From an uncultured Clostridium sp. (GTDB lineage: Bacteria; Bacillota_I; Bacilli_A; RF39; UBA660): DNA of 64,000 nucleotides. The translations under genes were made by a program, and so were the position numbers. The notes below the pieces were generated by a model. It made no database searches. It had not been told where the DNA came from and saw nothing but the letters and a program-made list of their open reading frames with translations. Each line of letters starts with the position of its first letter. The stretch's first letter is position 1. The DNA lies in the NCBI GenBank assembly GCA_946414595.1, contig CAMKPE010000008.1:1152-65151 (forward strand), in the 5' to 3' direction. Below are positions 1 to 8,095 of the stretch, one piece after another.

Positions 1-1
1 T

Positions 2-112
2 CCTGATATCATTGGACCACTATTATGGTTAAGGCAAAGAGAAGTTGTGCACTTTTCAAGATTTAAAGAACTTGTAGAAATATATGAAAAAGAAAAAAGT
101 GGATTAAATTAA
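2..112 (+). CDS. 3' end of an unidentified CDS (partial, continues upstream of the window)
   Basis: Frame 2 is open from nt 2 and ends ...FKELVEIYEKEKSGLN at TAA 110-112. A hairpin terminator follows. Only 36 aa are visible and carry no recognisable motif. Confidence 0.35.
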   Translation, partial: PDIIGPLLWLRQREVVHFSRFKELVEIYEKEKSGLN

Positions 113-125
113 TCCACTTTATTTT
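96..125. terminator. Bidirectional intrinsic terminator between convergent genes
   Basis: 10-bp stem aaagtggatt (96-105) / aatccacttt (111-120) with a 5-nt loop. An A-run lies upstream and a T-rich run downstream. Confidence 0.6.
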
Positions 126-837
126 AATAGAAATATAATATTTCGTTATTGATGACATCTTCCATTTCAAGTTTTCTAACTTTTTTATAAATACCATTAT
201 AAACGTCATCTGGTTGAACTTCGCTTTCGTTCATTGTAACAAACTCTATTTCATCATCTTTAACAATTATTCCATAACTCATTTCTTTAAAAGATTTAAC
301 TAAATAATTGTCTGCTGATTCAATAAATGAATTTTTTAAGTCTCCGTTCTTAGTAGTTATTATTACCATAACTTGTTTATCAGCTATAGGATACATCATA
401 ATTGTTCCATTATCATTTTGATATAACCCATTGTATTTGGAATCAAATATTTTACTATCACCATACCATGAATCAAATATATAATTTATCGTTACTTTTT
501 CTTCACTGCCTTCTTCTTTTATATATACTCCTGAAGGTATATTTTCATTATTTGATTCTAACTTAATATTATCGTCTTCTTTAGTAAATTTATAAGTATA
601 TTGAGCAACTTCTCCTGTTGCAACACCATCTTCAATATACGCAAGTCCATATAATTTATTGCTTCCAGTAAAATATATTTTCTCATCAGTATATTGATAA
701 ACGTTTATTACAACATCATCTTTTTTATAAATTCCTATATACTCAATTTTTTCTTTTTTGTTATTAAATAATAGTAATACTATTCCTGTTATTAATAAGA
801 CTGCACTTATTAGGATTACGATAATTGATTTTTTCAT
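124..837 (-). CDS. Hypothetical N-terminally membrane-anchored protein (237 aa)
   Basis: From the ORF track. MKKSIIVILISAVLLITGIVLLLF is a single N-terminal TM/signal anchor and the rest is hydrophilic. It lies 18 nt downstream of the pilin-like gene 856-3735. Confidence 0.6.
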   Translation of the reverse strand: MKKSIIVILISAVLLITGIVLLLFNNKKEKIEYIGIYKKDDVVINVYQYTDEKIYFTGSNKLYGLAYIEDGVATGEVAQYTYKFTKEDDNIKLESNNENIPSGVYIKEEGSEEKVTINYIFDSWYGDSKIFDSKYNGLYQNDNGTIMMYPIADKQVMVIITTKNGDLKNSFIESADNYLVKSFKEMSYGIIVKDDEIEFVTMNESEVQPDDVYNGIYKKVRKLEMEDVINNEILYFY

Positions 838-855
838 ATCTTAATCAGCCCCATT

Positions 856-3735
856 CTATTTACATACTTGATGACATCTACATCCATACATTACGTGAGG
901 AGTTTGACATCTTTTTTCGTTATTACAACAGAAGTTTTTACATGAACCATCTGATCTACACCATGCTCCTTGATTTACATTACATGATGTAAGTGGTCTT
1001 GTTGACCAAGTATTTTCAACTTCCCATACCCAAGTACAACTTGCTGTACATTCTGATGATCCTGCTTCACTTTCTTCTCCTTCTGGACAGGCTACACAAC
1101 TAGCCCATCCTGACCCAGAGTATGTATTTGCTGGACAAGTACTACAACTATCTGATGAATTGTAATATGATTTATGTTTTGCTTTATAACTACCAGCGGA
1201 ACACCATGATGTGTCACTTCCTGTTGGGCTGTTTTTATATTTTCCATCTGGTACATTTATGTAACAACTTGTTGCAGCTCCTGCTTTGGCATCACTTGTA
1301 TATCCTGTTGGACATGCTGTTTGACTACATGCACCTTCTCCAGCATAATTTCCTGCTGTTGCATCAGAACATGAACTTGTTCCTCCATATGTTACATCAT
1401 GTTTTCCTTTATATGTTCCTGCTGCACACTTTGTTTCTGCACCTTTTGCATTTGCTACTTTATATCCACATGCTACTGATTTTACACAACCTGATTCAGC
1501 AGTTGTTCCTGCTCCTGCTTGGTATCCTGCTGGACATGCTGTACATGAACTTGTATTTCCATATGTTACTGTGTGAGCTCCTTTGTAAGTTCCTGTTCCG
1601 CATCCTTTCGCAGTTGTATCATTTGCTTTTTCAATGTAATTTCCTGCTGCAACGTTCTTTAGACATGCGCTTTGTGATGTCTTATTTGCCAATGCAGTTC
1701 CTTCTTGATATCCTGTTGGACATAAGCTACATGAACTTGTTTGACCATATGATACTACATGTGCAGTACTATAATATCCATCAGCACATACTTTCTTATC
1801 TTTTTTAGCTTCTTCTACAAAATATCCTGCAGCAACGTTCTTTTTACATTCTGCTTCAGTTCCAACTGGTGCACCATCTGTGTATCCTGTTGGACATGCT
1901 AAACAACTTGTACCTACAGAGTCTGTATATTCACCAGTTTTACATTGTTCATAAATTGCATACAATGTTACATCTGCACTTACAGTATGTGAAGTAATCT
2001 TTACTTTAGCATCTTTATCTGTATTCCATCCGATCATCTTCCATCCTGCTTTTCTTGCAGTTGGGTTTAAATCAGCTGATTCAGTTTCACGTTTAATTTC
2101 ACTTGTCTTTGTTGGACCTGTATCTCCACCATTTTTATCATAAGTTACTAAATAGTAATTTGAACTTGTTTGGAATGTATGTCCTGAGTGATCTGTTGCT
2201 TTCAAGTACCATGTTCCTGTTGAATCAACAGTACCAGTTCCAGTCCATTCACTTAAATAATTTAGGTTATCTCCACCTGAACTATTATTAGTTTTTCCAA
2301 AGTATACCTTAACTAACTTAGATGTAGCATCAGTACATTTTAATGATGCATGTCCAGTTATTGAACATGATGGTACTACTGTATCTTTTCTTACTTTAGT
2401 ACTACATGTTGCATAGTTTTGAGCTTTGTCTTCTACAAATCCATAGTACCAAATGAATTGACTTTCTTCAGTATGATTTAGTTCTAAGTTATTTGTTCTA
2501 CCTTGAGGTTTATATTCTTCATTACCTTTTCTTATTGCATTATATTCAATTCCACTCTTTGCTACTGCAATTGTGCTTTGTTGATCTTTTAATGTTCCAA
2601 AACTTATTTTAATATTTGAATGATACCATTCATTAGATCCAAGAGTACCTTCTTTTGTTAATGCACAAGTTGGTGCTGTTCTATCTATTCTAATTGTTAC
2701 TGCTGTTGTTACTTTACTAATGTTACCTTCATTGTCAACAACCCTGAATGCTATTTCTTCATTCATTTCTGTTCTATACTCTAAAGTACAATTTCCATTA
2801 CTATCTATATCATCACAAATTTTTTCCCATTTTCCACCTTTATTCCATTGGTATTGAGAAACTTTTTGTCCTGATTCTGAATAGAAATCAGATCCTGGAT
2901 GAAATACCATTGTTACTTCTTGAGCCCATTGTCCTGATGAATATGAAGTTGTAGCTGTTGTTTCAGTTACATCATCTTCTACTATTTTTGAAACATAAGT
3001 ATTTGTCTTTGTAAGAACTACTTCTGGTTCATTATTTTCATATACATGAACTCTTCTATCTACACTCTTATTATTATATTTATAAGTAACTGTATAAACA
3101 CCAACTTTTGATGTATCTACAACGTCAATGTTTTCTGGAAGTATTTGTGGAACTCCATCAACTCCATCTCCATCTATTATGTCTAGAACATTACCATTTC
3201 TATCTAATTTTGCTATTGATACAGATACTAATAATTTATCTCTTAATTTTTCTTGTGAAGTATTTTTGTAAACATAAGCATCATCAAAATGATCTATATC
3301 TGGTTGTATAGTTGATTGATCATCCCATGAGCTATCACAGTATTTATCTTCTAAATTTGAAAATGTATCTTCTGAACAAACTAAACAGGCATGATATATA
3401 TAATCATTTTTAGCAGCTTTTATTGCTATAACATAACTACTTCTATCACATTTATTTCCTGAATAATCTAAAATCTCATCGACATATGACCTTGATTCAA
3501 GAATTGATATAGGAACTTTTTGTGCTGCAAAAACAGAAGTTGGTCTATAGTTTCTATTATCTTCAAAGAATTCTTTTCCAGATTCAGTTAAAGTCCTTTC
3601 TAGAGAACTATAATAACTTTCTCTAAATTCTTGCATACTATTTGTATAAGTAATAATTGCTACTATAGAAATAATACCTAGTATAATTACTGCTGCTATT
3701 ATTTCTATTAAAGTAAATCCTTTTTTATTATTCAT
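856..3735 (-). CDS. Large modular protein with a prepilin-type (class III) N-terminus and cysteine-rich repeats, paralogue A (959 aa)
   Basis: N-terminus MNNKKG/FTLIEIIAAVIILGIISIVAI has G at -1, F at +1 and E at +5, followed by a hydrophobic helix. Next come Ig-like segments (GVYTVTYKY; VVDNEGNISKV..IDRTAPTC). One Listeria-Bacteroides-type repeat follows (YLVTYDKNGGD..GWKMIGWNT..VTLYAIYE). About 300 aa of ~50-aa Cys-rich repeats then follow (C..G.YKGAH.VTYG..SSC..CP.GY). The tail is Cys-dense (..CKNFCCNNEKRCQTPHVMYGCRCHQVCK). AGAGGTG lies just upstream of the ATG. Confidence 0.85.
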   Translation of the reverse strand: MNNKKGFTLIEIIAAVIILGIISIVAIITYTNSMQEFRESYYSSLERTLTESGKEFFEDNRNYRPTSVFAAQKVPISILESRSYVDEILDYSGNKCDRSSYVIAIKAAKNDYIYHACLVCSEDTFSNLEDKYCDSSWDDQSTIQPDIDHFDDAYVYKNTSQEKLRDKLLVSVSIAKLDRNGNVLDIIDGDGVDGVPQILPENIDVVDTSKVGVYTVTYKYNNKSVDRRVHVYENNEPEVVLTKTNTYVSKIVEDDVTETTATTSYSSGQWAQEVTMVFHPGSDFYSESGQKVSQYQWNKGGKWEKICDDIDSNGNCTLEYRTEMNEEIAFRVVDNEGNISKVTTAVTIRIDRTAPTCALTKEGTLGSNEWYHSNIKISFGTLKDQQSTIAVAKSGIEYNAIRKGNEEYKPQGRTNNLELNHTEESQFIWYYGFVEDKAQNYATCSTKVRKDTVVPSCSITGHASLKCTDATSKLVKVYFGKTNNSSGGDNLNYLSEWTGTGTVDSTGTWYLKATDHSGHTFQTSSNYYLVTYDKNGGDTGPTKTSEIKRETESADLNPTARKAGWKMIGWNTDKDAKVKITSHTVSADVTLYAIYEQCKTGEYTDSVGTSCLACPTGYTDGAPVGTEAECKKNVAAGYFVEEAKKDKKVCADGYYSTAHVVSYGQTSSCSLCPTGYQEGTALANKTSQSACLKNVAAGNYIEKANDTTAKGCGTGTYKGAHTVTYGNTSSCTACPAGYQAGAGTTAESGCVKSVACGYKVANAKGAETKCAAGTYKGKHDVTYGGTSSCSDATAGNYAGEGACSQTACPTGYTSDAKAGAATSCYINVPDGKYKNSPTGSDTSWCSAGSYKAKHKSYYNSSDSCSTCPANTYSGSGWASCVACPEGEESEAGSSECTASCTWVWEVENTWSTRPLTSCNVNQGAWCRSDGSCKNFCCNNEKRCQTPHVMYGCRCHQVCK

Positions 3736-3792
3736 AATACACCTCTATATTATTATACATATTAATTCTAACATACTTTAAAGTCAAATAAA

Positions 3793-3820
3793 ACAAAAAA
3801 ATAATGATATATAATCATTA
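3793..3820 (-). terminator. Intrinsic terminator after the 282-aa gene
   Basis: Stem taatgat/atcatta (3802-3808 / 3814-3820) overlaps the stop codon. A-run 3794-3801 gives a U-run on the minus strand. An extended -10-like TGTATAAT follows on the minus strand before the next gene. Confidence 0.5.
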
Positions 3821-4666
3821 CTTTTCATCTCTTATGATATATTGTTCTGTACTATACCAATAGTAGCTTCCATCGTCATTCTTTTTGTAAACATTTACAT
3901 ATGGTGTAGCAAATTCTCCATACTTTTCGAACAATTCATCTTCTGTGTATCCATGTATGTATCCTAAAGATTTTCCATTTTTTCTATTAAGAACATTTAT
4001 GTTAATACTACCTGATTCATCTTCTTCTTCATATACAAGATGTAGATGTTTAACATAAATATATAATATGTCATTTTTTTGTTCATATTTGTCTAATTTA
4101 ATAATATTTTTTTCATAACCAATTTCTGTTGTTGAATCTCCACAATAGCAATAATAGAATTCATTTTCTAAATAACAACTGCAATTGTCTTCATTAGAAA
4201 GAGTCTCTTTATCTTCTATTATGATGTCTTTTCCATACATGTTCTTTACTCTTTCAATAAACTTATCTTCTTTAAAATAGAAATTATTTGTAGTTACAAC
4301 TCCTTCTACATAGCAGTGGTCTTTAGAAAGAGTTCCTTCTTTCTTATCACATTCTTCTTTTGGAGTAGTATCCTTTTCACAACTTCCTTTTACATCATAT
4401 ATTCCCATAGTTGAATAGGCTGTATTTAATAATAACTGTGTTGGTACTTTATCTACTGTTACCATTTTTGTTTGAAAAACATTATATAAATCATCATTTA
4501 TAACTGGTATATAACTCAAATACTTTTCTACTTCTTCTTTTGTTACTTCTCTTTCTTTTTCCTTTTCATCCTCTTTATCACTAAATTTGATATTAGTGAA
4601 ACCATAGAATAATAATACAAGTGAAATTGCTATTAGTGATAATCCAATAATCTTATTTTTCTTCAT
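3818..4666 (-). CDS. Hypothetical N-terminally membrane-anchored, Cys-containing protein (282 aa)
   Basis: From the ORF track. It has the TM anchor IIGLSLIAISLVLLFYGF, a KE-rich linker and a Cys cluster (CSCYLENEFYYCYCG). RBS TAGGAGATT lies upstream. It is located between the two pilin-like paralogues. Confidence 0.65.
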   Translation of the reverse strand: MKKNKIIGLSLIAISLVLLFYGFTNIKFSDKEDEKEKEREVTKEEVEKYLSYIPVINDDLYNVFQTKMVTVDKVPTQLLLNTAYSTMGIYDVKGSCEKDTTPKEECDKKEGTLSKDHCYVEGVVTTNNFYFKEDKFIERVKNMYGKDIIIEDKETLSNEDNCSCYLENEFYYCYCGDSTTEIGYEKNIIKLDKYEQKNDILYIYVKHLHLVYEEEDESGSININVLNRKNGKSLGYIHGYTEDELFEKYGEFATPYVNVYKKNDDGSYYWYSTEQYIIRDEK

Positions 4667-4719
4667 ATTATAATCTCCTATTCTAATAAAAGTTTATCAT
4701 AATTATAAAATAATATCTA

Positions 4720-4752
4720 TAAAAAAAGATTTATATTTTTCAATATAAACCT
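4720..4752 (-). terminator. Intrinsic terminator after pilin-like paralogue B
   Basis: On the minus strand the stem is aggtttatatt / aatataaatct (one G-U pair), followed by a 7-nt U-run (plus-strand A-run 4721-4727). Confidence 0.6.
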
Positions 4753-4762
4753 TTTATTTTTA

Positions 4763-7700
4763 TTAACAGTTTGATGTAGTTGAACAACATCCTGAACTAT
4801 TTACACCATATGAAACAGATTTACTTCCTGTTGAACCATTAGTGTATTCAACACTTATTGTTGCAGAAATACCATTTGTTCCATTTTCGTTTCTAAATCT
4901 TAATATTATTCTACTTCCATCAGTGAAGAAGTTACCATTTGTACCAATACCAGTTTCTCCATAAGTTCCAGTATTATTAGATGCTGTCTTAGAGAAATAT
5001 GTTTTCTTTTGCCATCCACATGTTCCATCTGATGATTGCCATATATTTGTTGTTTGAGTATGAGCACTTGGATTTGGGCTAAATGTAACTGTTACTTTTC
5101 TAAATGTATATCCACTAGGTGGGTCAATATAGAATGCTTGAATTACACATGGGCAAGTAGAACCTGTACAAGTCGTACAAACAGTACTCATTGCTTCATC
5201 AGTTTCAGCTGCTAGACATGATCCACTTGGATGTCCACGTAACCTACGTAATGAAACTAATGGTTCTTTATTACTTAATTCCCAATGCGCATATACTGTT
5301 AAGTTTCCAGAAACTGTTGTACTTGCTGTTACTTGAGTTCCACCTGATGCTGCAGTCCACCATCCCTTGAAATCATATCCACTTCTTGATGGTGTACATA
5401 ATTCTCCCCAAGTACTTGCATATGTTCCACTCTTAGAAGTACATCCACTTCCATTATTATTATTGTAAGTTAATGTATATGTATTTGGTGTACATGAACT
5501 TGTATTTCCATATGCTACATTATGAGCTGATGAATGATATCCTGCTGGACATGCTACTGGTCCCCCCTTAGGGGTTGGAACATGATTATTTTCTGGTACG
5601 CTCTTTATACATCCACCTTCTGAAGAAGTTCCTGCTCCACTTCTATATCCATCTGGACATTGAGTTTGACTACAAGCACCTTGTGCTGCATAATATCCAG
5701 TACTTGCTGCTGTACATGAACTCTTTGCTCCATATGTTACAGTATGAGTTGCGCTATAACTTCCTCCAGCACATACAGTTTCAGCACCTTTTGCTGTATC
5801 TACTTTATATCCACATGCTACTGATTTAACGCATTTTGCTTCTTCAGTTGTTCCTGCTCCTGCTTGATATCCTGCTGGACATGATGTACATGAACTTTTA
5901 TTTCCATAAGTTACATTATGTGCTCCTTTATAAGTTCCTGTTCCACAACCTGTTGCATTTGCGTCATTTGCATTCTTTACAAAATTTCCCGCTGGAACGT
6001 TCTTTAGACATGTACTTTGTGCTTTTTTATTATCTACCGCTGTTCCATTTTGGTATCCTGTTGGACATAAGTTACATGAACTTTTTGCACCATATGTAAC
6101 TGAATGAGCTTCTTTGTAATATCCATTTGCACATTCTTTTGCATTTGCATCTTTTTCCTTTTCTACAAAATATCCTGCAGAAACACTCTTTCTACATTCT
6201 GCTTCTGTTCCTACTGGTGCTCCATCTTTATATCCTGTTGGACAAGCTAAACAGCTTGTTCCTACAGAGTCTGTATATTCACCAGTTTTACATTGTTCAT
6301 AAATTGCGTACAATGTAACATCTGCACTTACAGTATGTGATGTAATTGCTTTAGTAGCAGTTTTATTTGTATTCCATCCGATCATCTTCCATCCTGCTTT
6401 TCTTGCAGTTGGATTTAAATCAGCTGTTTCAGTTTCACGTTTAATTTCACTTGTTTTTGTTGGACCTGTATCTCCACCATTTTTATCGTAAGATACTAGG
6501 TAATAATTTGAACTTGTTTGGAATGTATATCCTGAATGATCTGTTGCTTTTAAGTACCATGTTCCTGTTGAATCAACAGTACCAGTTTCAGACCATGTTG
6601 CTTGATAATCTAATGCAGTACCTTCTGCACTATCATTTTCTTTACCAAAGTATACTTTTACTAGTTTTGAAGTAGCATCTGAACAGTTAAGTGATGCATG
6701 TCCAGTAATTGAACATGATGGCACTACTGTATCTTTTCTTACTTTAGCACTACATGTTGCATAGTTTTGTGCTTTATCTTCAACAAATCCATAATACCAA
6801 ACATATTGACTATCATCTTTATGAGTTTGTTCTAAACTATTTGTTCTATTTGATTGAACATATTTTTCTGTTTCAACTCTTACTGAATTAAACTCAATTC
6901 CACTCTTTGCTACTGCAATTAAGCTTTGTTGATCTTTTAATGTATCAAATTTAATCTTTATATTTGAATGATACCAGTCATTAGATCCTGTTGTACCTTC
7001 TTTTGTTAATGTACATATTGGTGCTGTTCTATCTATTCTTACTATAACACTTGTTGTTACTTTACTGATATTACCTTCAGTATCAACAACTCTGAATGCT
7101 ATTTCTTCATTCATTTCTGTTCTATAGTCAATAGTACAACTTCCATCTGCTGCTATATCATCACAAATTTTTTCCCATTTACCGCCTTTGTTCCATTGGT
7201 ATTGAGAAACTTTTTGTCCTGACTCTGAGTAGAAATTAGATCCTGCTGTAAATGACAATCTAACTTCTTGAGCCCATTGTCCTGATGAATATGAAGTAGT
7301 CTTTGTTGTTTCTGAAACTGTATCTCTATCAATAGTTGCTGCATATTTATTAGTCTTTGTAATAACTACTTCTGGTTCACTATTTTCATATACATGAACT
7401 CTTCTATCTACACTCTTATTATTGTATTTATAAGTTACTGTGTATACTCCTACTTTTGATGTATCAACTACATCAATGTTTTCTGGAAGGATTTGTGGAA
7501 CTCCATCAATTCCATCTCCACTAATTCTATCAATTACGTTACCAGCTCTATCAAATTTAGTTATAGAAACTGTTGCAAGTAATTTTTCTCTTAATTTTTC
7601 TTGTGAAGTATTTTTATAAACATAAGCATCTTCAAATTGGTCAATGTCCGGTCTTACTGTAGATGCATCATCCCATGAACTATCACAATATTTATCTTCT

Positions 7701-8083
7701 AAATTTGAGAATGTGTCTTCTGAACATACTAGACAGGTATAGTAAATGTAATCATTTTTAGCAGCCTTAATTGCTATAACATAACTACTTCTATCACATC
7801 TATTTCCTGAATAGTCTACAACCTCATCAATATATGATTTTGATTCTAGAATAGAAACAGGCACCTTTTGTGCAGTAAACACTGATGTAGGTCTATAGTT
7901 TCTATTATCCTCAAAGAACTCTTTTCCTGATTCAGTTAATGTTCTTTCTAAAGAAGTATAATAACTATCTCTAAATTCTTGCATACTATTTGTATAAGTT
8001 ATTACTGCAATAATTGAAATGATACCTAATATAATTACTGCTGCAATAATTTCAATTAAAGTAAAACCTTTTTTATTATTCAT
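4763..8083 (-). CDS. Large modular protein with a prepilin-type N-terminus and cysteine-rich repeats, paralogue B (1106 aa)
   Basis: It has the same MNNKKG/FTLIEIIAAVIILGIISIIAV N-terminus as paralogue A. It is collinear with paralogue A, and roughly four-fifths identical by eye, over the first ~640 aa. It has more Cys-rich repeats and a second Listeria-Bacteroides-type repeat (TYTLTYNNNNG..GYDFKGWW..LTVYAHWE). The C-terminal domain is distinct and ends ..SGCCSTTSNC. RBS GGAGGT lies upstream, and the start is 12 nt after the AAA+ gene stop. Confidence 0.85.
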   Translation of the reverse strand: MNNKKGFTLIEIIAAVIILGIISIIAVITYTNSMQEFRDSYYTSLERTLTESGKEFFEDNRNYRPTSVFTAQKVPVSILESKSYIDEVVDYSGNRCDRSSYVIAIKAAKNDYIYYTCLVCSEDTFSNLEDKYCDSSWDDASTVRPDIDQFEDAYVYKNTSQEKLREKLLATVSITKFDRAGNVIDRISGDGIDGVPQILPENIDVVDTSKVGVYTVTYKYNNKSVDRRVHVYENSEPEVVITKTNKYAATIDRDTVSETTKTTSYSSGQWAQEVRLSFTAGSNFYSESGQKVSQYQWNKGGKWEKICDDIAADGSCTIDYRTEMNEEIAFRVVDTEGNISKVTTSVIVRIDRTAPICTLTKEGTTGSNDWYHSNIKIKFDTLKDQQSLIAVAKSGIEFNSVRVETEKYVQSNRTNSLEQTHKDDSQYVWYYGFVEDKAQNYATCSAKVRKDTVVPSCSITGHASLNCSDATSKLVKVYFGKENDSAEGTALDYQATWSETGTVDSTGTWYLKATDHSGYTFQTSSNYYLVSYDKNGGDTGPTKTSEIKRETETADLNPTARKAGWKMIGWNTNKTATKAITSHTVSADVTLYAIYEQCKTGEYTDSVGTSCLACPTGYKDGAPVGTEAECRKSVSAGYFVEKEKDANAKECANGYYKEAHSVTYGAKSSCNLCPTGYQNGTAVDNKKAQSTCLKNVPAGNFVKNANDANATGCGTGTYKGAHNVTYGNKSSCTSCPAGYQAGAGTTEEAKCVKSVACGYKVDTAKGAETVCAGGSYSATHTVTYGAKSSCTAASTGYYAAQGACSQTQCPDGYRSGAGTSSEGGCIKSVPENNHVPTPKGGPVACPAGYHSSAHNVAYGNTSSCTPNTYTLTYNNNNGSGCTSKSGTYASTWGELCTPSRSGYDFKGWWTAASGGTQVTASTTVSGNLTVYAHWELSNKEPLVSLRRLRGHPSGSCLAAETDEAMSTVCTTCTGSTCPCVIQAFYIDPPSGYTFRKVTVTFSPNPSAHTQTTNIWQSSDGTCGWQKKTYFSKTASNNTGTYGETGIGTNGNFFTDGSRIILRFRNENGTNGISATISVEYTNGSTGSKSVSYGVNSSGCCSTTSNC

Positions 8084-8095
8084 AATATACCTCCG

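Noticed and set aside
1122-6675. Plus-strand ORFs 1122-1808, 2103-2291, 2748-2954, 3108-3311, 5575-5829, 5836-6099, 6127-6318 and 6451-6675, all L/F/H/Y-rich
   Set aside because: All lie antisense inside the two long, well-supported pilin-like genes. They have no RBS and their composition mirrors the Cys/Gly/Thr/Ala codons opposite. They are shadow ORFs typical of AT-rich genomes.
7153-7344. Minus-strand 63-aa ORF in an alternative frame inside 4763-8083
   Set aside because: It is nested within a much longer coding frame whose paralogue is conserved. It has no independent signals.
856-8083. Considered a comG-type competence pseudopilin operon
   Set aside because: There are no ComGA/ComGB/ComC homologues adjacent. 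The proteins are 10-fold larger than ComGC-GG and each gene has its own terminator.
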